From: Cyanophora paradoxa CCMP329
Lineage: Eukaryota > Plantae > Glaucophyta
Length of the DNA stretch: 64,000 bases
Assembly: GCA_004431415.1 (NCBI GenBank)
Contig: QPMI01000500.1
Location: forward strand, 6,294 to 70,293
Reading direction: 5' to 3'
Part shown: positions 20,566 to 30,059 of the stretch, piece by piece
Position numbering within the stretch: the stretch's first letter is position 1
Layout of the letters: each line of letters begins with the position of its first letter
Notes under the pieces: generated by a model
The model's input: only the letters and a program-made list of their open reading frames with translations
Databases searched by the model: none
What the model was told of the DNA's origin: nothing
Made by a program: the position numbers and the translations under genes

Positions 20566-21137
20566 GCGCCGCACGCGCGCGCGCGCGTGCGCAGGACGTG
20601 ACGCTCAGGCTCAGTTCGGACTGCGTCGATGCCCTCTCTCAGCGGTCGTTGCGCGCCTGGAGCGGCGTCCGGACCCTGCACCTGCTCACGGATGTGTACG
20701 GCTGGGCGCTCCCCGCCCGCTTCCTCGCGGTGCGTGCGCGCGTCGCCCCGTGCAGCACGTGCAGCCGCAGCGCATCGATTCTCACCCGCACCCGTCCACA
20801 GCGCGTGGCGTCCGAGACGCCCGACCTGAGGGAGCTCGCAGTGGCGGGCGAGCTGGCCGGGGCCCTCCCGCTGCCCGCCGGCGTCCCCGCCGCCCTCGGC
20901 GGCCGCCCCCGCCGCCTGCCGGCGAACGCGGTCGACCCCCGCGCCAGGAAGGCGGCCCATGGCCAGGCCCGGCAGCGCGCCCAGCAGGCCGTGCGCCCGA
21001 TCGCGACGATCGCGACCCGCGCGCGCGTGATTCGCGCTAGCGCGGCCCTCGAGCATGACGCATATATTTGCCGGCCGCAGGAGCTCGAGAGCGCCCTTGG
21101 CATCCGAGTCGAACCTTACTTTCGTTCAGATTTTTGA
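20566..21137 (+). other. Very GC-rich, probably host coding fragment (weak LRR-like pattern), interrupted by element A
   Basis: Sharp composition shift; open frame with VRTLHL / LRELAV motifs. Confidence 0.45.
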
Positions 21138-21167
21138 ATGCAAATACGAAATTCTTTCTTATGAAAA

Positions 21168-21885
21168 AAATGAGATAGTGGGGGTTCCAGCCCACCCACC
21201 TCTTTCTCACCCTCACTCCTCCAAACCACCCCAACCCACACACTCCAACGCCTTCCAACACACATTCTCTTCCATCCCTTCGTTACGTCTACCACCACAA
21301 CCTCTCCAAACCAACCATCCAGCAACCGCTAGGTAGTATCTAACGTCTAGTCCGATCGATTTTGCAAAAGATATAGCAGTGATTTTAGGCGGACCCCCAA
21401 AGCGCCGGTCTCAGAATAATCTTCAGATACAGCTAGACGTTAATTTTGTGTACTTTGAATCTAACAGAGAAAACATGTTTAGCTCAATTCTAGACGATAT
21501 TAATGAGTACAATGAAGCTAACAGAGGAAACACGTTTAGCTCAATTCTAGACGTTAGTTGTGTGTATTTCGAATCAAATGAGATAGTGGGGGTGCCAGCC
21601 CACCCCCCTCTTTCTCACCCTCACTCCTCCAAACCCACCCCAACCCACCCACTCCAACGCCTTCCCAACCACCACTTCCGTCCACTCTCTCCTTACGTCT
21701 ACCACCTTCCTCTCCCTCTGGTCTACCTCTCCTTCCAAACAGCAACCGCTAGGTAATATCCAACGTCTAGACCGATCGATCTTGCAAAAGATATAGCAAT
21801 GATTTGAGGCGGACCCCCAAAGCGCCGGTCTCAGAATCATCTTCAACATCATTTAGACGTTAATTGTGTGTATTTCGAATCTAAA
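21168..21885. repeat. Two ~300-bp direct repeats (period ~408 bp) with C-rich tracts and ~57-bp TAGACG subrepeats; probable terminal region of C
   Basis: AAATGAGATAGTGGGGG..CCAGCCCACCC at 21168 and 21576; GCGGACCCCCAAAGCGCCGGTCTCAGAAT twice. Confidence 0.8.
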
Positions 21886-21978
21886 AAACAAAGAGGTTTC
21901 AAGGGTTATGCTACACGTAATTACTATATCATCGGAATCTAATTACATACTCGAGTTCAGGTTCTAGCTAGACGCTAA

Positions 21979-22611
21979 TTATTCCCACCGATGACGTAGT
22001 CCAAGTTTAGTGAAACCACTTAACATTGGTTTGTATTCGATCGACGGCCCGACAGGATCAGCGCTGCTAGAGGCGATGCGCAAGATCGATGTGTTTGCTA
22101 CAGGTAATTCGCTAGCATTCTCATCCACCTCGGGGATTGCGACGATCGTCTTAGCAGGAACAGCAGATGATGGAGGAGAAAGCTTTTTATCAATTTTGGT
22201 CTTAGCAATCGGTTCGTTTAAAATCTTGTTTTCCATTTTAGTCTCAACCGCTATACCAGCAATAAGATCACCAGCACGCTTCTTTGAAATTGTTTTCAAC
22301 CCAGTCACTGTTTTAATGAAATATCTGCTACGATTACCAGTCTCTGATACATACAGCGGACCATCGTCAGTATCCTTCAGTTTACTAGTTTTGCTTTTCT
22401 TTGTCCGCGAATTTGGGATCTTATCTAGAATAGCGTTTTCGTCGGCAGTAAGAGCAAAATCGATAGACGCACCCTCACCACCAGCAGTCCGACGAACTAA
22501 AGGATAGGATTCAGTATCACCGCTCAAAAATTCAATATTATTCTTTTTATTGGGTGAGTTTGTAAGTTTTCTAGAAGCCGAAGGCAAGTAGCCACTTGTG
22601 CTACGCACCAT
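21979..22611 (-). CDS. Hypothetical protein (element C)
   Basis: 210-aa ORF from MVRSTSG, downstream of the penton. Confidence 0.55.
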   Translation of the reverse strand: MVRSTSGYLPSASRKLTNSPNKKNNIEFLSGDTESYPLVRRTAGGEGASIDFALTADENAILDKIPNSRTKKSKTSKLKDTDDGPLYVSETGNRSRYFIKTVTGLKTISKKRAGDLIAGIAVETKMENKILNEPIAKTKIDKKLSPPSSAVPAKTIVAIPEVDENASELPVANTSILRIASSSADPVGPSIEYKPMLSGFTKLGLRHRWE

Positions 22612-22681
22612 TTGTTTTAAATAAGGAACAGAAAAAAGTCGACAGACAAGCTGCCTCGGCTGCGCATTCGCGAAAGTGAAT

Positions 22682-23557
22682 TTAAGCAAAACTGCGATCA
22701 AACGGATGAAACTCACTATCTGTGTTTCTGATTGACGAGCGAAGTGATGCCTTTGTGTATGAAGAATCTTCAATTTCGAACTCGATAACGAATGAGAATT
22801 CAGTGTTAAAAGCTGCAGTAAATCCATTAAAATAACGTATTGACACATCAAGTTGTTCTAACTCAGAATTATGATCGACGGAAACAGGAACACGTTCATC
22901 AGATGTATATTTGATAAGCTCTCCAAATTTCGCATCGATATGAATCTTTGCCAACGATGTGTTTGTCCAGTTATTTATTGTGTGAATCGAACCACGAATC
23001 TGATCGATATGTAGGAAGAGATAAGTATGATAAAGAAGATCAACAGGTATATCGCCAACGATAGCAAACGCATAATCAACAGCATCAACTGTGATTGGAG
23101 TATCCAGCTGTTCTGCGGAATCTGTAACAGCCTTTGTGAAGCCGAGCAGATTTGCGAGTTCAAGAGTGGAAAACGTCAGAGTAAACTCCGATTCACACAA
23201 GATTGTGATTTTCATTGAAACATCATCAAAAACCGTTAAGAACTTGCGTTGGTAAGTACTCCCCAAATAACTGTATTGTTGTGTTTTCAAAAGAACGTTC
23301 ATATAATTCGCAAGAGATGTTGGAGTATATGATCCAGCTCGAAATAGGTTCGTTCTGGTTTTAATTACATTGCTAGGATCGAGCGTAATGGTTGTTATTG
23401 AAGCATCAGCAGCTAGATTATACATATTGTGAAAAAGTTCTAGCGATTCAATTCTAGCCGACTTCACGTTTGCTAACGCCCGAGGCAGATTAATTTTGAA
23501 ATTCGAGGACGTGCCTTCGAACCGATCTCTAGAATCAACATTTACGCGGAGTTTCAT
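22682..23557 (-). CDS. Minor capsid protein (penton), element C
   Basis: VNVDSRDR..SSNFKINLPRALANVKSARIESLE; C-terminal FSFVIEFE. Confidence 0.85.
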   Translation of the reverse strand: MKLRVNVDSRDRFEGTSSNFKINLPRALANVKSARIESLELFHNMYNLAADASITTITLDPSNVIKTRTNLFRAGSYTPTSLANYMNVLLKTQQYSYLGSTYQRKFLTVFDDVSMKITILCESEFTLTFSTLELANLLGFTKAVTDSAEQLDTPITVDAVDYAFAIVGDIPVDLLYHTYLFLHIDQIRGSIHTINNWTNTSLAKIHIDAKFGELIKYTSDERVPVSVDHNSELEQLDVSIRYFNGFTAAFNTEFSFVIEFEIEDSSYTKASLRSSIRNTDSEFHPFDRSFA

Positions 23558-23600
23558 CTTTACAACAATATACGTGAAATATTCTGTAATATAATATCAA

Positions 23601-24830
23601 ATGGCGCAAGCAGGAACTACTCTGAAAGAGCTCCTAACAACCAAAGGATCGAACGAGCTTTATCTATCGCCAGGTCTAACTGTCGGTGTTAGCCCAAAGT
23701 TTAAGCCTTTCCTTGAGACGATCCGTCCGCGAGGCAACTCATACGGATTCGCACAGACTGCTGCTTTCGACCTTCCGCGCAAGCAACTTCTAAATGGCGT
23801 CTCCCTATATTTTAAGGTAACAGTCGCTGGTGGAGCTGCCGCTTCGGTTCTTCCTAATGGTGCTGGTGCATTTATTGAAAACGTACGCTTTGTTCATGGA
23901 TCTTTCAAAATGGTAATTCCCGGTGATTGGCTTACAGTGAACGCACTGATTGATAACAGCGTCGCATCCGCCCAAGCTTTTGCTAGCAGCTACGGCTTTG
24001 GAAAAGACGCAGCTCTAGAGATTCTCGATGCTAGCCGAGAGTACGTGCTGAAGATCCCATCACAGCTTTGGGACAATTCATATTTCCCTCTGCTAGCACT
24101 TGCGGATATGCCAACCGTCGAGATTGACTTCCGTTCGGCTGGTGTGATTGGAACTGTTGCTGATGCTATTGCGACTCTAACGGATTGTGCCCTGGTTTGT
24201 CAGTTCGTGAATATTCCTAGCGAAGAGGCAGAGTCTATGCTAAAATCTGCGAACGAGTCTGGCGGTATTAGAATTCCCTTTACTGAAATCATTTCAAAGC
24301 GCTCACGCCAGCTTAAGACGGACGACGCAGGAAACGCTGTCGAAATATCCCTTGCTAACGTTAGCGGCCTTGTGCACGCGATCCTGATGACAGTGCGTAA
24401 TGCGAATCACCTGGGCACTCGCAATCATAATTCATTTGCCGGTAACGGTAACGCTTTGAAGATTGATTCGTTTGAGATCATGCACAATAATCGCACTCTC
24501 GATATCAGTAATAAGCCAATCTCTGGATTTGTTTCGAGCTGCTATCATATCCCAACTCAATATCGCGGAGCAACAACTGGTAATTCAGCCCTTGGTTTTG
24601 AAGACGGAAATGTCTATGGTATTGTGCTTTCGAAATCTGGCAAAGACTCCCTCCACAACGCTGTCCTCGGCTACACAGACTTCTTCAACTCAAGCAGCAG
24701 CTACTGCTCCCTCACTGTCACCGGATGTACAAACACCGCACCAGCTGTAGTCGATTTTCACGTCCTGCGCCACAACGTTCTCGTAATTAATTCATATCAA
24801 ATGTCGACTCTAAAAGTAAGTAACTTCTAA
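23601..24830 (+). CDS. Major capsid protein, element C
   Basis: Intact 409 aa, homologous to the A/B MCP. Confidence 0.88.
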   Translation: MAQAGTTLKELLTTKGSNELYLSPGLTVGVSPKFKPFLETIRPRGNSYGFAQTAAFDLPRKQLLNGVSLYFKVTVAGGAAASVLPNGAGAFIENVRFVHGSFKMVIPGDWLTVNALIDNSVASAQAFASSYGFGKDAALEILDASREYVLKIPSQLWDNSYFPLLALADMPTVEIDFRSAGVIGTVADAIATLTDCALVCQFVNIPSEEAESMLKSANESGGIRIPFTEIISKRSRQLKTDDAGNAVEISLANVSGLVHAILMTVRNANHLGTRNHNSFAGNGNALKIDSFEIMHNNRTLDISNKPISGFVSSCYHIPTQYRGATTGNSALGFEDGNVYGIVLSKSGKDSLHNAVLGYTDFFNSSSSYCSLTVTGCTNTAPAVVDFHVLRHNVLVINSYQMSTLKVSNF

Positions 24831-24831
24831 A

Positions 24832-25536
24832 ATGGATATCAAATTGTTTGATCCAGCAGAAGTAAAACTTCCTAAACGGTTCTTGTTTGTCGGCCCCACC
24901 AACTCGGGCAAAAGCACCTACGTAAAACACGTATTAAATGCTGTAGCAAATCAGCTAGACGATATTTACGTCTTCAGCACAACGGCATTTACAGAACAGT
25001 GGGACGATACCACTCGCAAGAGCAATATTTATGAAGAATGGGATACAGTTTTGGTTGAAGAACTTTTAGAACGTCAAAAAGAAAGACGACGCAAGAAAGA
25101 TGATCGAAAAATAGCAATTGTTTTAGATGACTTGCTTGATAATGACCTAGTAAACGTCCACAGTGACCGATTAATGCAAAAGCTTTTTACTAGCGGAAGA
25201 CATTACAATATATCGCTCTTTATCACGACACAACGTCTATGTGGCATTAGTCCGACGATTCGGCGAAATTGCGAATATGTATGCTTTTCGTCGATTCTAT
25301 CGAATATTAAAGAGTTCGATTGCGTCTTTGCCGAATACAACGCCGGAGCGAGTCGAGCAGTTTTAATGCGTCTTTTCCTTGAATGGGGTCATTCGTATCA
25401 GGTTTTGATATTTGAAGCCGCGACCGTGGACCGCGTCTACTCTGTTGATAAATCTTCTGGAGATTTTTCGGCTCTATCAAGCTTTTTACACGCAAGAAAG
25501 CGGCCCGGTCGAAAGCCGGCAACCAATCTTGTCTAA
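24832..25536 (+). CDS. Packaging ATPase, element C
   Basis: GPTNSGKS, IVLDD, SGRHYNISLFITTQ. Confidence 0.95.
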   Translation: MDIKLFDPAEVKLPKRFLFVGPTNSGKSTYVKHVLNAVANQLDDIYVFSTTAFTEQWDDTTRKSNIYEEWDTVLVEELLERQKERRRKKDDRKIAIVLDDLLDNDLVNVHSDRLMQKLFTSGRHYNISLFITTQRLCGISPTIRRNCEYVCFSSILSNIKEFDCVFAEYNAGASRAVLMRLFLEWGHSYQVLIFEAATVDRVYSVDKSSGDFSALSSFLHARKRPGRKPATNLV

Positions 25537-25675
25537 GCAACCAACTAGTATATTCTGGTTTAGCTGAGGCAATCCACAAATAGCTTGCGCCCTTGTAAAT
25601 GCCGAAGCTGATGCAGTGGCATGGTGAAAGTTGTGATCTCCCCGGCCAACATATTTCTAAATCTTCAATATCCAT
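25307..25675 (-). CDS. Small protein with FGxYKG...P.Y..W (DUF3820-like) motif
   Basis: ISFGIYKGASYLWIASAKPEYTSWL; 3' part overlaps the ATPase on the opposite strand, so the end is uncertain. Confidence 0.4.
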   Translation of the reverse strand: MDIEDLEICWPGRSQLSPCHCISFGIYKGASYLWIASAKPEYTSWLLRQDWLPAFDRAAFLRVKSLIEPKNLQKIYQQSRRGPRSRLQISKPDTNDPIQGKDALKLLDSLRRCIRQRRNRTL

Positions 25676-25699
25676 CAAAAAGATAAAGGTGTTATTCCT

Positions 25700-25948
25700 T
25701 CAATTAAACCGTGATTTCGATGTTTGATCTTTATAAGCATCTTCGAATGAATCATAATAACCGATTATCTTCTTGCAACCATTGATTTTGGTTTCTGCTT
25801 TCCATTTATCGGTTCGTTTGTCAAAGGAAACACGGACATAGTGGTTGGTGGGTCGGTGGATTCTCCTCCGGCAATGTTTCAGTAGAAGATATTCAATGTG
25901 TTGCTGGATTGCAAAGGCAACGTATATCGGAAGGTTGATATCGGTCAT
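25700..25948 (-). CDS. AP2-like DNA-binding domain protein
   Basis: VSFDKRTDKWKAETKINGCKKIIGYYDSFEDA. Confidence 0.7.
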   Translation of the reverse strand: MTDINLPIYVAFAIQQHIEYLLLKHCRRRIHRPTNHYVRVSFDKRTDKWKAETKINGCKKIIGYYDSFEDAYKDQTSKSRFN

Positions 25949-26086
25949 CTCTTTTTCGTTACTTTTACATATTGCAATATATTTAAGGCATATTCACGCG
26001 ATTCTACCTTCGAATTCTCTTTGCGTAATATCCAGCGGGTTTGGCGCCTGCTCTGAGCAATGGTTCAGCAGCAATTTCGAGTTTTT

Positions 26087-26502
26087 TTAACTCACGATCC
26101 TTCCGTTTTGACCCGCATACGTTTTCGTTTCAACGAGACCCTCTCTCCGAAGCTGACGATCTTGCTTCGATCTAGCAGTCGCTCTTTCAATCTTAGACTG
26201 GTCAGGTAGTTCTTGTGGCGCACGAATCTCGGATGGTTTAACACGTCTAGAAATTTCCACACCTTGCTTTGTAATTAACCTAACACGGTTCTTATCAACG
26301 CCAGCAACAACGTAGGTCTCTTTGCTTGGTTTCGCCAGACCCTTTGCAAACACGCTTGGCTTAGGCTCAAGTATCTTCACCTCCGAACCTGGTTTAGGCA
26401 TATTTGTGTTCTCTCGTTCAATATCGTTCTGTCGCTGTCGAACTTGATGTAGCTGCTCGGCAACCTGTGTTTTTTCACGCATCCACGTTGGTGATCGCTC
26501 TT
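26087..26502 (-). pseudogene. 3' fragment of the element C integrase, cut by element B
   Basis: PGSEVKILEPKPSVFAKG..PSKETYVV and LRREGL align with PGMFVRVKVEKNAFAKQGNNWSRMVYTV and IRREGI of the A integrase. Confidence 0.75.
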
Positions 26503-27386
26503 CACACATAGTAAAATGCGGAGTTTTAACCCTCGGCTTATCTTAATTGATTTTGTTGATATATCTCGTATATTCTATTTCAATCAATCGATAATCTGTG
26601 TATATCTTATCGAATATTCATTTATTTCGATTATTTTGTATTCTTTTCGATATTTTATCGTAAATTTCTCTTATTTTCCGATTAGTCTTACTGAGTTAAT
26701 CGATAATCTGTATATATTTCCGAATAATATAACTGAATCTCAATTAGATCTTGCCTCTGGTTAAAACTCCGCATTTTACTATGTGTGATTGGTCTGTTTG
26801 TTAATTGATTTAATCGATATTATATTCATGTACTTTCTCGATTAAATTTAATTAAATTTAATTCATTTAATCGGAAATATATCGCTAAACTCGATTAAGA
26901 TCCATAAATGATTCATTTGTTAAATAAAACAAATCGATCTCTTATTGAATCCAATCGTAATTATACATGAAACTTATATGTTTTTATCATGTTTTAATGA
27001 TTCTAAGGGGGGACCCTTAGGATTTTTGAAATAATTGGGTGTGACAGGTGTGACAGGTGTGACAGGTCCATCCCAAGGAAAGTCCTAGTGAGAAATTGAT
27101 TTTGAAAATCCACGGGATAGACCTGTCACACCTGTCACACAAACCATATTCAGTAAGGACCTCATATATTGGTAAAATCTCAGTGTTAGTTGGTGTAGTT
27201 GATTCAAAAAATGCATTTATACTCTGATTCATTGTTATTTCCTGTGAAATTTGAGTCAACTCAACCCACTTAGTCAACCCTTGCATTGAATTCGTAACAA
27301 AATCCATATACTTTTACTACTTTTACGATTAATATGAGTCAACCTTGAGTCCACTTAAATATAAATATAATATAATAGGGGGAATC
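26503..27386. repeat. Left TIR of element B
   Basis: Inverted relative to 53394-54444 and 19457-20565. Confidence 0.92.
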
Positions 27387-27589
27387 AAGGGGAATGTTGA
27401 GTTTTACTGTAATGAAATCGAATAGTATTCGAAATCTTACATTTGTAGGTTTAGGATGCATTCATATTTTGGCTACATCATACAGTAGAATTCTATTGTA
27501 AACAATGTCCGGAATCCGGAAAATAATCATTGTAGAAAGCTATTGTAATAAAAAAGATAAATTACCCTGTTTATCATTATAGAAACCCA

Positions 27590-27988
27590 TCAAAACGGGA
27601 ATCTATCATGTTTATGTCTCTCAGTCTTCTCAAATGTTAAGAAATTCATTGTTTTATCGATCTCATCTGCAACTGCTTGTGTTTTATGCTGAGCTTCTTT
27701 ACCACAACTGAATATATCAATTGCTAACATGCCTTCATTGGAATAACAATGAGCTGTGCAATGGCTTTCATCTAATAGCAGAACCAATGCAAAACCAGGA
27801 GGTGATAGTTTGCCATCAAATATCTCACAATGCTTATGAACAATCCTAATACCTTGTCTCAATACTGCTTGTTCAAGGGTTCCCATAATCCAATTACCTA
27901 GGAAGCTAACATGCTCATAACCTGTTGCTATAGCTGATTTAGCCTTGTAATCAAGCATAACATGAAAGCCTCTGTATTTAGTCTCCAT
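27590..27988 (-). CDS. speD: S-adenosylmethionine decarboxylase-family pyruvoyl proenzyme
   Basis: HVMLD, GFALVLLLDESHCTAHCY (E|SH self-cleavage site), AIDIFSCG; 132 aa, bacterial/archaeal size. Confidence 0.87.
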   Translation of the reverse strand: METKYRGFHVMLDYKAKSAIATGYEHVSFLGNWIMGTLEQAVLRQGIRIVHKHCEIFDGKLSPPGFALVLLLDESHCTAHCYSNEGMLAIDIFSCGKEAQHKTQAVADEIDKTMNFLTFEKTERHKHDRFPF

Positions 27989-28011
27989 TAAGAATACCTT
28001 AGAAAAATTAA

Positions 28012-28284
28012 CTAGTCAAACCTAATGCAAATATCCCTATACTCTACTCTGATTGATGAAGTAGCTCTTTTCCTGTGTGCTTGACTCTTTCTTTTGTTAC
28101 AGTCCCTGCAACCTGATCCCTTCACATGATTAAAGGGATAGGTAAGGATCACCTTATTACACTGCAAACATCTCACAGATACTTTCTCTTGAGCTTTGAT
28201 GTAATGTGTCTCACTGTAATCGAATTTATCTTTACCATGAACTGTCATAGCAGCATCAATAAACTTTTTTGTTTTACTATCCAT
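28012..28284 (-). CDS. Zn-ribbon protein (DUF723-like, homing-nuclease-associated repeat)
   Basis: FI..A..VHG.KFDYS...Y....KV.V.C..C......P.NH..G.GC..C. Confidence 0.7.
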   Translation of the reverse strand: MDSKTKKFIDAAMTVHGKDKFDYSETHYIKAQEKVSVRCLQCNKVILTYPFNHVKGSGCRDCNKRKSQAHRKRATSSIRVEYRDICIRFD

Positions 28285-28306
28285 ACTCTATATATAATCA
28301 ACATTC

Positions 28307-29142
28307 TTATGGAGCAGTATCCTGCCCAAAAATGGGGAAATATCGATTTGTCCCATAGTACTCAGCATAGGTATTCTGCCTTGCAATAAAATCGGTTCTC
28401 TCTGCATATAATACACATTTGTAGATACCAAACTTGGTGGCTCTCACTAAGAACTGATAATCTTCCAAACCGAAATTGACTCCATGATAAGCAATACCAA
28501 AATTATCATATGGGGTGATCACAACAGCAAAATTAGGAGTTCCACCCTCTACTTGGCAAACAGCATAAACATCAGGTGGAATATCAACAACTACCTTATA
28601 GTGGTCACCAATCTCAACAAGAGAGTCTACTACTGCTGTTTGTTCATTCACAACAATTGGGAATATCTTGATTATATAGGGGGCATTCATGCTGGGACAT
28701 AGGTTCGAATTCTTGTATTGGGATCAATGGGATTGGGTTGATCATTCACAAATAGAGGCGCTCCAACAGCCCCACCAACCCTAAGACCATCACCAATATA
28801 TGCTCCCCCCGATTTGCAGTTAATAGCTCCAGACCTAGATTCAAAAGAATAAGTAGACAGAGGATCTCCATAGCTATCTGGGTCTCCATAATGAGCAGAA
28901 AAGTTTGCATTTGTGACAAGTAGCTTAGTTGTCTTAACTATTCCATTATTTTTATCACATCTGAGTTCCTGCAATCTCAGTTTGTGGGTGGAACCAAAAG
29001 TATTCATGGTAGGTTGGACCTCTGTGGATTGGAGACCTTCCACATCATCAAAAGTAGCATGCTGTAAAACATGGTTTGCTGGGGCAGCTAATGATAGCTG
29101 TGGTGTTATAATTCGCTCTATTGGTGTGGGTGCCTCTGCCAT
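28307..29142 (-). CDS. Putative structural/fibre-associated protein, paralog 2 (split at 28687-28690)
   Basis: Both halves align with 29166-30010 (ELR.DKN.G.VKTT.LLVTNANF; ..G.Y...L...RTD). Confidence 0.6.
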
Positions 29143-29165
29143 TTTACATTAAAGGGATATATCTT

Positions 29166-30010
29166 TTATGGGGTTGGGTCATCAATAATATCTGGCTCTT
29201 GGTAAAACCCTGTAACTGAAAGAGTATCAGGAGTTACACCTCTAAGAGCTGATACAGCGGCTATATCTGTTCTCAAACCGATAAGAGTTATAGTATATAA
29301 CCCAATATCTGTAACAAACAAGTCAAAGGTGAAATTATTATTATAAACACAGTAGCCATAACCGAAATGATTATATCCCTGAACATTGAAATAGTATTTA
29401 TGACCTACTTGATTGTTGTTGGCTCTACAAAGGGAAAGCATTGCAGATGGAATCGCAAGACCTCTCAGTACTCTTTTGGTTCCTTCAATTAATTCCGAGT
29501 TTTCAAGAGTAACAGTATATCCAATGTAAAATTGAATTAATGGCTGCTGTGCAACAGGAGTATATAATCGAATTCGTTGGGGTCTTCCACATTTTGCTCT
29601 AGAGTATCTGGGACATCATTATACGAAATGGAGGATGAGAGTTGACCTGACACTCTGCAACCTCCCCCAATAAATGCTCCTCCTGATCTCACAGTAACAG
29701 CAGCAGTATTCTTGTCGAAATCTAGGGCTTTCAGGGCAACACTGTAAGCATCAGGACCTCCATTTGTAGGCTGGAAGAAGTTAGCATTGGTGACAAGAAG
29801 TCGAGTTGTTTTAACCACACCAGAATTCTTATCAGCTCTCAGCTCTTTTACTCGAATAATCGAATTTTTATCAAAGGAGTTACCATTGGAATTGGGTCTC
29901 TCTGTGGATTCTAAACCACGAACCTCATCATTTACTTCATGCTGGCGAAAATGCATTGCAGGGGATCCAAGGGAATATATAGGCAGTTGAACTCGATTAT
30001 ATTCACCCAT
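29166..30010 (-). CDS. Putative structural/fibre-associated protein, paralog 1 (frameshift ~29580)
   Basis: Tandem paralog of 28307-29142. Confidence 0.6.
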
Positions 30011-30059
30011 TGCTTCTTTTACTAAGAAGGAAAGAAAAATAATGCGAAATATGCATTTA

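Larger units (their letters stand above)
21168..26502. mobile_element. Distinct smaller PLV, element C (truncated by B)
   Basis: Penton(-)/MCP(+)/ATPase(+) arrangement as in A/B but divergent; integrase 3' fragment ends at B's terminus; CpG not depleted. Confidence 0.85.

Noticed and set aside
26516-27307. ORFs inside TIRs and short antisense ORFs over major genes
   Set aside because: Low-complexity shadow frames with no motifs.
28687-29585. Conserved programmed frameshift in both paralogs
   Set aside because: The breaks fall at non-equivalent positions (before RIR vs after YVPA), and each is fixed by a small indel.
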